64,000 bases of DNA, from the IMG/VR virus record IMGVR_UViG_3300045747_000505, one strand, 5' to 3'. Position numbers and translations under genes: made by a program. The DNA is from a virus. Taxonomy: Duplodnaviria > Caudoviricetes. Below the pieces are notes generated by a model, which did not search any database, was not told the DNA's origin, and worked only from the letters and a program-made list of their open reading frames with translations. Below, piece by piece: positions 6,923 to 15,299 of the stretch (position 1 is the stretch's first letter; each line of letters starts with the position of its first letter).

Positions 6923-7076
6923 GCCCTTGTAGCTCAGTGGTAGAGCAATCGCCTTTTCAGGAGGGTTTATGACCCTCCTACCCTGCAGATCCTTCAAACG
7001 GTCTGCAGTCTAGGAGAGTTACATCTCTGAAGAGTAAGCGATAGGTCGACAGTTCAATTCTAGTCCTAGGGCACCA
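6923..7076 (+). tRNA. tRNA (probably Thr-TGT) with a 78-nt structured anticodon-loop insertion
   Basis: GCCCTTG acceptor, ATCGC/GCGAT anticodon stem enclosing 85 nt, T-arm, CCA. Confidence 0.7.
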
Positions 7077-7087
7077 CTCTCTCCGAA

Positions 7088-7228
7088 CCTCAATGAAAGA
7101 GTCAACCGCTTGATTGTCGGTTATCTTCACTTCGTAAAACTGAACCGAGGACGTTCGATTCGTCCGCGCCCTTTTTGGTAAAGGCGGGCAAACGTCGACG
7201 TCGCCTTTCGTTGACTCTTTCGTTGAGG
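7088..7228 (+). ncRNA. Repeated structured RNA motif, copy G
   Basis: 19-bp closing stem, AAC-CGC-TTGA-TTGTCGG-TTATC, internal GGACG-TTCGATT-CGTCC. Confidence 0.65.
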
Positions 7229-7236
7229 CTCCAATC

Positions 7237-7872
7237 ATGAAATTACAAGATCTGTTCGAAATGCCGCTATTCATTGACAAGGAATTTCCTACGTTGAAGA
7301 ATTCGCGCATGCTTAGCGCCAACACTATCGAAGATGACTACGATGTCCTTTGGACTGGGAAGCGAAATGAAGCTTCGATCTCTGTGATCATGAAGAAAAA
7401 CAAATCAGTCGCCTTCATCGGTCATTTGGTCGAGCGAACTGACAAAGTCATTTGCCTTCAGCTTGATGGTGGCCTTGAGTTTAAAGATCGCAAGGACTTC
7501 TCCTGGATGCACGACATCAAGGTTGAAGCCAGAAACGCGCTTCAGATTGATGGTATTCAACTTGAAGAAAGCTTTCAAAAGCAAGGCCTGGCGTCGTTAC
7601 TATACCTTGAAATCGTTCGGTACGGCTACGTACTCATTTCAGATACAACACAGTATCGAGGCGGACGCAAACTTTGGGAGTCTCTTGCGAAGAGGCAAGA
7701 AGATCAAGGTGTAAAGATTTATGTTGTCGACAACGGCAAGGTCATCCTTGATGATGCTAATGAGCCGCTTGAGTACGACGGCTCAAACATTCCAGCAGAC
7801 CAAATATGGTCTACCTCAACTAACATTGAAGACAGCAAGAAGCACGTGCTACTTGTGTTGAAATCATTATGA
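7237..7872 (+). CDS. GNAT-family acetyltransferase-like protein
   Basis: FQKQGLASLLY (acetyl-CoA motif A), LISDTTQYRGGRKLW. Confidence 0.7.
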   Translation: MKLQDLFEMPLFIDKEFPTLKNSRMLSANTIEDDYDVLWTGKRNEASISVIMKKNKSVAFIGHLVERTDKVICLQLDGGLEFKDRKDFSWMHDIKVEARNALQIDGIQLEESFQKQGLASLLYLEIVRYGYVLISDTTQYRGGRKLWESLAKRQEDQGVKIYVVDNGKVILDDANEPLEYDGSNIPADQIWSTSTNIEDSKKHVLLVLKSL

Positions 7873-8162
7873 ACAACAAACTCCAAGCCGGCGATCTCGC
7901 CATCATCATCAAGTCGATGCTCGGCAAGAACATCGGCCGCATCGTGGAGTGCGTGCTCGTTGAGTCCGTGCTTCACCCTGACTTCGGCGCCATCTGGCTC
8001 GTTCGATCGTCTCGCAAGGACCTCGTCGATGAGAGCGGTGGCGTTGGCGATACCTTTCACGTGCCACAAGACTGGCTGCGCAAGATCCCGAACGATCCGC
8101 TGCCAGACGATGAGGACGCGTGGGAGCTCGATCCGACCAAGGAGTTGGAGCTCGTCAAGTAA
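7869..8162 (+). CDS. Hypothetical protein
   Basis: Coupled start, phage-like codon usage. Confidence 0.7.
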   Translation: MNNKLQAGDLAIIIKSMLGKNIGRIVECVLVESVLHPDFGAIWLVRSSRKDLVDESGGVGDTFHVPQDWLRKIPNDPLPDDEDAWELDPTKELELVK

Positions 8163-8166
8163 CAAA

Positions 8167-8253
8167 GCGGGTGTGGCGAAATTGGTAGACGCACCAGGTT
8201 TAGGTCCTGACGCCCTCACGGGCATGTCGGTTCGAGTCCGACCACCCGCACCA
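8167..8253 (+). tRNA. trnL: tRNA-Leu (TAG)
   Basis: Loop TTTAGGT, long variable arm, CCA. Confidence 0.94.
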
Positions 8254-8302
8254 ATTACTTCGAATCAGTCTAAATACTTAGGTTCAACACCAAGGAGTAT
8301 TC

Positions 8303-9118
8303 ATGGACTGGTTCATCTCATTCAAAAACTGGCTTCGTCGCTTGTTTCTCAACAAGCCGCTGGGCACTGGGCGCATCTACGCTTGGAAGCCTGACGTCCC
8401 AGACCATCGCGACCGGCTCTTCAGCCTGCCAATTCCGGCCAAGCTCCCAGACCACGTTGACCCACTCGGCGCCAATGACGTCGTAGAGGACCAAGGTCAA
8501 CTTGGGTCCTGCACTGGGCACGCCACCACGACCGCCGTTGAAATCATCACTGGCGCTCGTACGCAGTACTCTCGTCTGATGACGTACTACAACGGTCGTC
8601 TCATCGAGAACAATGTTGCCAACGACGATGGCGCGGTCATTCGCGACGTCATCAAGGGTGTTCAGAAGTATGGCATCTCTCGCGAGAGCCTTTGGCCGTA
8701 CGTCGAAGCTAAGTTCGCAAAGAAGCCAACAGCCAAGTCCTACACCGACGCGCTTGGTCTGCGCACCAAGATTGCCTCGTACGAGCGCATCACCACGCTT
8801 GAGCAGGTCAAGACGGCGCTTGCCGCTGGTCTGCCAGTGGTCTTTGGCTTCTCCGTTCCAGAGTACTTCGAGAGCGCTGAGGTTGCTCGCACTGGTTGGG
8901 TTCGCTTTCCAACGAGCAAGGACAAGATGGTTGGTGGACACGCGGTCTGCGCCATTGGCTACGATGACCGTAAGTCAGCGCCAATTCCATACGTCTGGGT
9001 TCGCAACTCATGGAGCTCCGCTTGGGGTCTGAAGGGCAACTTCCGTATGGACCAGCAGTGGTTCACCGACCCGACTCGCCTCGTCGATGACATGTGGGTC
9101 ATCCATCCAAAGGTCTGA
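8303..9118 (+). CDS. Papain-like cysteine peptidase (C1)
   Basis: DQGQLGSCTG, GGHAVCAIGY, VRNSW catalytic motifs. Confidence 0.92.
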   Translation: MDWFISFKNWLRRLFLNKPLGTGRIYAWKPDVPDHRDRLFSLPIPAKLPDHVDPLGANDVVEDQGQLGSCTGHATTTAVEIITGARTQYSRLMTYYNGRLIENNVANDDGAVIRDVIKGVQKYGISRESLWPYVEAKFAKKPTAKSYTDALGLRTKIASYERITTLEQVKTALAAGLPVVFGFSVPEYFESAEVARTGWVRFPTSKDKMVGGHAVCAIGYDDRKSAPIPYVWVRNSWSSAWGLKGNFRMDQQWFTDPTRLVDDMWVIHPKV

Positions 9119-9180
9119 ACCTAGGATTTCAAGTTCGCAGACGGTGGGAGTTGAGGTATAATGGCTCTCACCAATCCTGT

Positions 9181-9256
9181 TCCCCGATAGCTCAGTTGGT
9201 AGAGCGCCGGACTGTTAATCCGTAGGTCCCTGGTTCGAGCCCAGGTCGGGGAGCCA
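9181..9256 (+). tRNA. trnN: tRNA-Asn (GTT)
   Basis: Canonical; loop CTGTTAA, G73, CCA. Confidence 0.97.
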
Positions 9257-9262
9257 ACCATC

Positions 9263-9688
9263 ATGAAAATCCAAGGCTTTCAAGGCGACTACTGGTTTCT
9301 GTCTAACTTCGCTTTGGTGAAGGTCGACCTTGACGGTGTGACCTACCCTAGCGTTGAGCACGCCTACGTGGCGGCAAAGACGTTGGACCCAGAGCTGCGC
9401 GCGAAGGTGGCTCGGTTCACCAAGCCAGGTGACATCAAGCGCTTCGGCAGAACGCTCAAAATTCGTTCCGACTGGGAGCGGATCAAGGTCGATGTGATGA
9501 CCGATCTGCTCATTCAGAAGTTTGCTCAAGAACCGTTTCGCACGAACCTGTTAAATACAGGTGACGCGGACATCGAAGAAACAAACTGGTGGGGCGATCG
9601 ATTCTGGGGAGTGTGCGACGGCGAAGGCCTCAACACTCTCGGCGAGCTCCTAATGTGGGTGCGCGATCAATTGGAAGGACAGGTATGA
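9263..9688 (+). CDS. NADAR (YbiA-like) family protein
   Basis: FLSNF...TYPSVEHAYVAAK...KFAQ...WGDRFWG...GLNTLGELLM. Confidence 0.9.
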   Translation: MKIQGFQGDYWFLSNFALVKVDLDGVTYPSVEHAYVAAKTLDPELRAKVARFTKPGDIKRFGRTLKIRSDWERIKVDVMTDLLIQKFAQEPFRTNLLNTGDADIEETNWWGDRFWGVCDGEGLNTLGELLMWVRDQLEGQV

Positions 9689-9846
9689 GCAAGACAGTTC
9701 GCGGTGGTAAGGGTCCTGGCTACGAGTACTGGAGCAAGCGTCCGAACAAGTACGCTTCGCCCGGCAAGTCGTCGAAGATCATTACCCATCGAGTCGAGCG
9801 GCGTCAAAGCAAGGACGTCGTTCGCAGTGAGGTCAAGGACCTCTAA
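9685..9846 (+). CDS. Small basic hypothetical protein
   Basis: MSKTVRGGKGPGYEYWSKRP, coupled to NADAR. Confidence 0.6.
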   Translation: MSKTVRGGKGPGYEYWSKRPNKYASPGKSSKIITHRVERRQSKDVVRSEVKDL

Positions 9847-9974
9847 AGAATACGAAGGGACCGACTTAAAAGCGTCGGGCTGATTGAAGTGCCTAAGTGG
9901 TTAGCGGGGTCTCACCTTCTCCGCTTTCACGACGCTCGGTCAGTAAGGAAGGTGACTAGCCCTTCACAATCAAT

Positions 9975-10066
9975 GGAGCCGTGGTAGAGCGGTCTAATAC
10001 GTCGGTTTGCTAAACCGAAGGTCGGAGTAATCCGGCCCGTGGGTTCGAATCCCACCGGCTCCTCCA
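9975..10066 (+). tRNA. trnS: tRNA-Ser (GCT)
   Basis: Loop TTGCTAA, long variable arm, CCA. Confidence 0.95.
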
Positions 10067-10196
10067 AACGAAAGACAGAATGAATAGCGTGATTTGCATG
10101 GCTCGGTTTATGGATGACTTTGGCAACAGCATCGTGCCGGCCTACATGCCATACGAGACCTTTCTGGCTCGCTACTACTTTTGCAAAAGCATCTGA

Positions 10197-10273
10197 GCCC
10201 AACTACGCTAATTGGCAACGCGACCTCTCTCAAAAGGAGATGTTTCTCAGTTCGAATCTGAGGTTGGGCACCA
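10197..10273 (+). tRNA. trnL: tRNA-Leu (CAA) with short variable arm
   Basis: GCCCAAC/GTTGGGC acceptor, loop CTCAAAA, CCA. Confidence 0.75.
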
Positions 10274-10279
10274 AACAAT

Positions 10280-10371
10280 GGAGACGTGGTAGAGTGGCCT
10301 ATTGCGACTGCCTCGAAAGCAGTAGGTCGTGGTAACGCGGCCCGTGAGTTCGAATCTCACCGTCTCCTCCA
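10280..10371 (+). tRNA. trnS: tRNA-Ser (CGA)
   Basis: Loop CTCGAAA, long variable arm, CCA. Confidence 0.94.
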
Positions 10372-10462
10372 TCCTAAGTAAATAGAGCCCGGTGCCAGTG
10401 AAGTGCAGTATAATCCGCGACTGGTCACCGATCAGACTCCCTCAACTAACTGGACTACACCT

Positions 10463-10654
10463 ATGACACGCTCACTCCTCGCCGCTCTCGCTCTGACCTT
10501 TGCCGCTGCCTCCTTCGCCAACACGCTGCCCGCCGCAGCTTCGGCCCCGGCTCCTGCCGCTTCGAAGGCTCACAAGCACGTCAAGCACCACGCTGCTCAC
10601 AAGCACGCCAAGGCACACAAGGCTGCTCCGGCCGCCTCTGCTGCCTCGAAGTAA
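10463..10654 (+). CDS. Secreted Ala/Lys/His-rich small protein
   Basis: Signal peptide ending ASFA; HKHVKHHAAHKH repeats. Confidence 0.7.
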   Translation: MTRSLLAALALTFAAASFANTLPAAASAPAPAASKAHKHVKHHAAHKHAKAHKAAPAASAASK

Positions 10655-10658
10655 GATC

Positions 10659-11501
10659 GTGATTCGACGGCACAGCGATCTGGTCACGTACGCGACCACG
10701 GTCGTGCTGATGACCGTCGCCTTTCTGATCGCTCGATCAGGCCTCTACTCCTGCGATGATCCGATCGCCTACTGGATCGGCGTCGTGGGAGGCTCGTTGA
10801 TGTTGGTTCTGCTGCTCTATCCGCTGCGCAAGTACGTGCGGTGGCTTTGGGTGCAGCGACTTGGCAAGATGAAGGCATGGCTTCGCATTCACATGATCAT
10901 CGGCATTCTGGCTCCCACGTTGATTCTGCTTCACTGCACGTTTCGAACTGGGTCCGTCAACGCCGCCATCGCTCTGTGGAGCATGATCATCGTGATGTTC
11001 AGCGGCTTCATCGGTCGCTTTCTGTACAGCCACACGAAGAACGGCCTGCGATCAGAGCAGCGCCGACTTGAGACCTTCAAGAAGCTAGCTCGACTAGATG
11101 ACGAGGTCGATTCAACCCTGTGGTTCTCTCCCTATGGTCGTCGGCTGTTGGACATGTTCGAAGAGCGCGCGCTCGATGCTGAGCACGCTGCACTCCACTG
11201 GGCGAAGCTGCTGATGTTCCTACCGGCTGAGAGTTGGATGGTTCGCTTTCAAGCGCAGCACTCCATCAACGAAGAGCTCGAGATCATCGCCAAGCGCCTC
11301 CACTGGTCCTATCCAGAGCACAGTGAGCACATCGCTACAGCCAAGCACATTGTGGTAGAATACCTCACGTGCATCATGCGAGTGGCGCTGTACCGTGCTT
11401 GGGACAAGCTGTTCAGCTACTGGCACGTCGCTCACGTTCCATTCGTGTTCATGCTCGTCTTCGCCAGCATCACGCACATCATCGCCGTTCACTTCTACTG
11501 A
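10659..11501 (+). CDS. Multi-pass membrane protein, cytochrome b / ferric-reductase-like
   Basis: About 5 TM helices with His in LRIHM, LLHC, WHVAHVP, THIIAVH. Confidence 0.7.
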   Translation: MIRRHSDLVTYATTVVLMTVAFLIARSGLYSCDDPIAYWIGVVGGSLMLVLLLYPLRKYVRWLWVQRLGKMKAWLRIHMIIGILAPTLILLHCTFRTGSVNAAIALWSMIIVMFSGFIGRFLYSHTKNGLRSEQRRLETFKKLARLDDEVDSTLWFSPYGRRLLDMFEERALDAEHAALHWAKLLMFLPAESWMVRFQAQHSINEELEIIAKRLHWSYPEHSEHIATAKHIVVEYLTCIMRVALYRAWDKLFSYWHVAHVPFVFMLVFASITHIIAVHFY

Positions 11502-11503
11502 TC

Positions 11504-11803
11504 ATGATCATCACACCGCGTCCTGTCTACGACGGCATCGTCGAGGGTCTCGAACCCTTTGAGCATCACACCGACGAGAACATCGAGGAAATTCTGAGCA
11601 TTCTGTCCGATCGGGCGCACGCTCACGGACATGAGCGCGATGCTCAAGTCAAGGCGGAGGGTGGGTCTGGTGCGCCGTTCGCCTACCAAGCGACGACGAA
11701 CTGGAAGGCGGTCGAGATCATTGTGCAGCTCGAGAAGCAAGTTGAAGAGCTTCAGCGAGCGCTGAACTGCGCTAAGGCTGAGCTCGAGCAAGAGCTCAGC
11801 TAA
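11504..11803 (+). CDS. Hypothetical protein
   Basis: ORF with phage codon usage. Confidence 0.6.
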   Translation: MIITPRPVYDGIVEGLEPFEHHTDENIEEILSILSDRAHAHGHERDAQVKAEGGSGAPFAYQATTNWKAVEIIVQLEKQVEELQRALNCAKAELEQELS

Positions 11804-11823
11804 GAACGATAAATAGAATCACT

Positions 11824-11915
11824 GGAGCCGTGGCAGAGCGGCCTATCGCATCACCTTGGAAAGGTGAAGATCGTGGCAACACGGTCCGTGGGTTCGAATC
11901 CCACCGGCTCCTCCA
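11824..11915 (+). tRNA. trnS: tRNA-Ser (GGA)
   Basis: TCACC-TTGGAAA-GGTGA arm, CCA. Confidence 0.95.
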
Positions 11916-12170
11916 GTACAGTAGAGAATCACACGCCGGCCCACCATTGCGACTGCTACGAGTTCATGACTCCCGCTCTTGCTTAACAACGCGAACATAG
12001 TCTTCGGACAGGCTTCGTCACCAGCACCGTCAATCGGCCGAACGACTAAGTGCAATAAGGGCGCTGTGTCTTCTCTGCCTACGCTGAACCTAAACAATGC
12101 CTTACACAAGGTGTGAAGTTGTGGTACTATACGTAAATAGACATTACTCCACGTTAACTATAGGCATCAC

Positions 12171-12848
12171 ATGAACCTTCGCACCCTCATCGCTTCTGCT
12201 GCTCTTGCTCTATCGGTCGGTGCGCACGCTGAATCTGGTACGCTTACCTTCAGCGACTTCGTTCACAACGCTGACTTCAATGCGTCAACGCTCTACCACG
12301 GCTTCAGCTTCGGCTCGGCCTGGTTTCCAAACCCAAGCACCGAGATTCGCGACCCGTACCTCGCGCTGAGCACCAATGGCGGCGCGCGCAGCGTCTTCGT
12401 CGAGCGAGCTGACCACACGCCGTTCAACCTCGATAGCTTCAACTACGCTGGTCGCAGTGACACTGGCCTCGCCTACCTCGTCATGTACAACGGTGGCACC
12501 ACGGTGTTCAGCGGCACCACGGACAACAACGGCAAGCTTCAGTTCAAGACCCTCGCTCCGGCGCCGACTGGCGTTCCTGGCGGTCAGACGTTCAGCGTCG
12601 CTGCTACGTCGGGCTACACCGGACAAATCACTGGCTTCAGCTTCGCCTTCAAGGCAGCTGGCGGTGGCTTCGGCGATGGCAGCGATTCGCTGCAGTTTGC
12701 CTTTGACACGATGAAGTACAGCAACGCGACAGCCGCAGCGGCTCTGCCGCCAGTTACGCCGGCCGTGCCTGAACCGCAGACCTATGCGCTGATTCTCGCT
12801 GGTCTTGGCGTCCTCGTCTTCAAGGGACGTCGTCAGCGCCGAACCTAA
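12171..12848 (+). CDS. PEP-CTERM sorting-domain surface protein
   Basis: Signal peptide; C-terminal VPEPQTYALILAGLGVLVFKGRRQRR. Confidence 0.92.
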   Translation: MNLRTLIASAALALSVGAHAESGTLTFSDFVHNADFNASTLYHGFSFGSAWFPNPSTEIRDPYLALSTNGGARSVFVERADHTPFNLDSFNYAGRSDTGLAYLVMYNGGTTVFSGTTDNNGKLQFKTLAPAPTGVPGGQTFSVAATSGYTGQITGFSFAFKAAGGGFGDGSDSLQFAFDTMKYSNATAAAALPPVTPAVPEPQTYALILAGLGVLVFKGRRQRRT

Positions 12849-12954
12849 ATACGAGTGGACCTGGAAAGGTCCTTCAGGGTTAGAATCAGGATAAATACAA
12901 ACGTCGCAACGGAGCGACACAACTTTATCACTTTCACCTTTGAAGGATTTCCAA

Positions 12955-14016
12955 ATGAAGAACTACATTCTTTTCGTCCGCGACCACTCTGCCTCCATGG
13001 GCAGCCTCGCTCAAGCCGCCAAGCGCGACTTCAACGAGCAACTGGCGTCAATTCAGGCGTCAGCAACCTCCCTCGATCAAGAAACCCTTGTCTCCGTCCT
13101 GACCATCTGCGTCGGCCGTGATTCCAAGATCGGGCGCGAGGTCGTGAACACCGACGTTCGTCGCGTTCAATCGATCGCTCACTACGCGACCGAAGGCCAC
13201 TCCACTCCGATGATCAAGGCCGTCTTCGACGGCATCGAGCTGCTCGAAGCCCTGCCCGACTACAACGATCCTGAAGTCTCCTTCCTCGTCGTCACCACGA
13301 CCGACGGACAAGAGAACTGCGACCGTCATCGTGGTCGTGAGCTCGCCGCCAAGATCCGTACGCTCGTCGGCACCGATCGCTGGACCTTCGCCTTCCGCGT
13401 GCCGAAGCAAGGCGGCGTCAAGGACCTCGCAAGCCTCGGCATTCTGCAAGCGCCGGTCAGCATCTTCGAGTGGGACCTGAACTCACGTGGTGTCGAGGTC
13501 TCGACGCAAGCCAACGTGCAAGCGTTCGACGCCTACTTCGCCGAGCGTGCAACTGGCAAGCGCGCCACGTCACGCTTCTACGCGAATGCTGCCGACGTGT
13601 CGGTGGACGAAGCTCGCAAGAGCCTCATCGACGTGTCGAGCGAGGTCACCCTGTTCCCGGTCGCCGCATGCGATGCTGGCACGCTGATCCGTCCGTTCGT
13701 CGAAGCCAAGCTGGGCGAGGCGATGGTTCGCGGTGGTGCGTTCTACCAGCTCGTCAAGCTCGAGCCGAAGGTGCAAGCCAACAAGCGCATCGCCATTCGC
13801 GACAAGTCGACCGGCACCGTGTTCGCTGGTGACGCCGCTCGTCAGATGCTGGCGCTGCCAACCATCGGCACCGTTCGTCTGGCTCCCGATGACACCGGCG
13901 ATTGGGACATTTTTATCCAAAGCACTTCGGTCAATCGCAAGCTTGATCCCAACACCCAGTTGATGTATTGGAAGGGTGTTGGTAAGGCATTCAAGGAAGG
14001 TCCGTCGGCAACCTGA
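12955..14016 (+). CDS. vWA-domain protein
   Basis: DHSASM (MIDAS DxSxS), STP, TTDGQEN. Confidence 0.8.
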   Translation: MKNYILFVRDHSASMGSLAQAAKRDFNEQLASIQASATSLDQETLVSVLTICVGRDSKIGREVVNTDVRRVQSIAHYATEGHSTPMIKAVFDGIELLEALPDYNDPEVSFLVVTTTDGQENCDRHRGRELAAKIRTLVGTDRWTFAFRVPKQGGVKDLASLGILQAPVSIFEWDLNSRGVEVSTQANVQAFDAYFAERATGKRATSRFYANAADVSVDEARKSLIDVSSEVTLFPVAACDAGTLIRPFVEAKLGEAMVRGGAFYQLVKLEPKVQANKRIAIRDKSTGTVFAGDAARQMLALPTIGTVRLAPDDTGDWDIFIQSTSVNRKLDPNTQLMYWKGVGKAFKEGPSAT

Positions 14017-14710
14017 TCGAACGGCAGCGGTCAAAATGAAATCGAAGCATTGCTGGCTTCCCGCCACTCGTCTGGCAATGTGGGCAAGTGATCTTCGGTT
14101 TCGGAACCTTCTGAGAGTTGATGAAGTCCTCGGAGTGCTTGTATCCAAATGCCGGATGATCCTCGCCCTTAGCGCCAAGCCAATGGTTGTTTTTATCAAG
14201 ACGAGCTTGTTGCTTCTCGCTCATCTTGGTTCTTGCTTCATCGGTATGCTTTCGGTTCAACATACTTTTAGGACCTGGTTTTCCGAACATTGGATTACGA
14301 TCGCCGGACATATCTCGAGCGAGTGCTTGCGCCGAAAGGATCGCACGAGTTTCGTCGGTGTGTTTTCGCCCAAACATTGGATTGCGCTCTCCGTTCTTCT
14401 CCATCGTGTAGAACCCGTTGATCGTCGCATACGCCTCATTGATGAACCTCTGATCCTCGACCGCCTGAAGACGACGCTGAACCCTAAGTTCAGCTTCAGT
14501 CGCTTCAATCCGTGTGTCAAAGGTTTCAATGATCAAAGTGTCGAATGCCTCAGGTCTTGTCTTAAGTTCTTCTCGCCAGATAGCGCCGAACCTCTTAGAT
14601 TTTACTGTGCCGTGATACCCATCCTGAACCCGTTTCACTGAGGACGATCCAATGTAGCATGGCGGAAGGCGATCCCCATCATAAAAAGTTACATACACGC
14701 AGAACATCAT
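13991..14710 (-). CDS. GIY-YIG/NUMOD3 homing endonuclease
   Basis: VYVTFY...YIGSS, repeated NPMFGRKHTDE, C-terminal CPHC; own TAAATA on the - strand. Confidence 0.85.
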   Translation of the reverse strand: MMFCVYVTFYDGDRLPPCYIGSSSVKRVQDGYHGTVKSKRFGAIWREELKTRPEAFDTLIIETFDTRIEATEAELRVQRRLQAVEDQRFINEAYATINGFYTMEKNGERNPMFGRKHTDETRAILSAQALARDMSGDRNPMFGKPGPKSMLNRKHTDEARTKMSEKQQARLDKNNHWLGAKGEDHPAFGYKHSEDFINSQKVPKPKITCPHCQTSGGKPAMLRFHFDRCRSIRLPTDLP

Positions 14711-14779
14711 CTCTCCTTGTTGATGTTCTATTTATCTGAACTAGAGGACTGGAAGGTCTTCATTTTTAGGAAGAACGAA

Positions 14780-15256
14780 ATGATAGACAAGAATGCACAA
14801 CGCGCCCGTGTGGCACAGTTCGAGATGGAGCAGCTCGCTCAAGGCAAGACGATGCCGGTTCTGCCGGCGCTGAAGCCGATGACGCCACCGCCGGCCTTCA
14901 AGGTCACGACCGTCACTGTGTCCTCAACGCCGGCCTACAACGGCGCCCTCAACAAGAAGGCCTCCAACTACGTTCGCAAGGCCAAGGGTCGCCTCGCCGA
15001 GCCGTTCACCAACAGCATCGGCCAGGTCATCAACGTTGGTGACAGCGTCGTGGCCATCTCGCAGGGCTACAACAAGTCCATCAAGGTGCGCGTCGCGACC
15101 TACGTCGGCCTCCGCAAGGACAGTCAAGGCCGTGTGACGAGCGTAGCGGTGTCCGGCATGGTGACTCATGACAAGTACGTCAGCGGCAAGGGCTACGTGA
15201 AGGTGACCGAGGTCAAGACGTCGTCCCTCCCGTCCAAGCGCATCTTCAAGAGCTGA
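14780..15256 (+). CDS. Hypothetical basic protein
   Basis: ORF with strong codon bias. Confidence 0.7.
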   Translation: MIDKNAQRARVAQFEMEQLAQGKTMPVLPALKPMTPPPAFKVTTVTVSSTPAYNGALNKKASNYVRKAKGRLAEPFTNSIGQVINVGDSVVAISQGYNKSIKVRVATYVGLRKDSQGRVTSVAVSGMVTHDKYVSGKGYVKVTEVKTSSLPSKRIFKS

Positions 15257-15299
15257 CCCGTAGGGCGGTGTAAATACTCGACCAACTACTAGGACCCGT

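Noticed and set aside
6953-7037. Group I, group II or archaeal BHB intron as the explanation of the tRNA insertions
   Set aside because: Inserts of 14-78 nt cannot hold a group I or II core, and no 3-4-3 bulge-helix-bulge is evident at 37/38.
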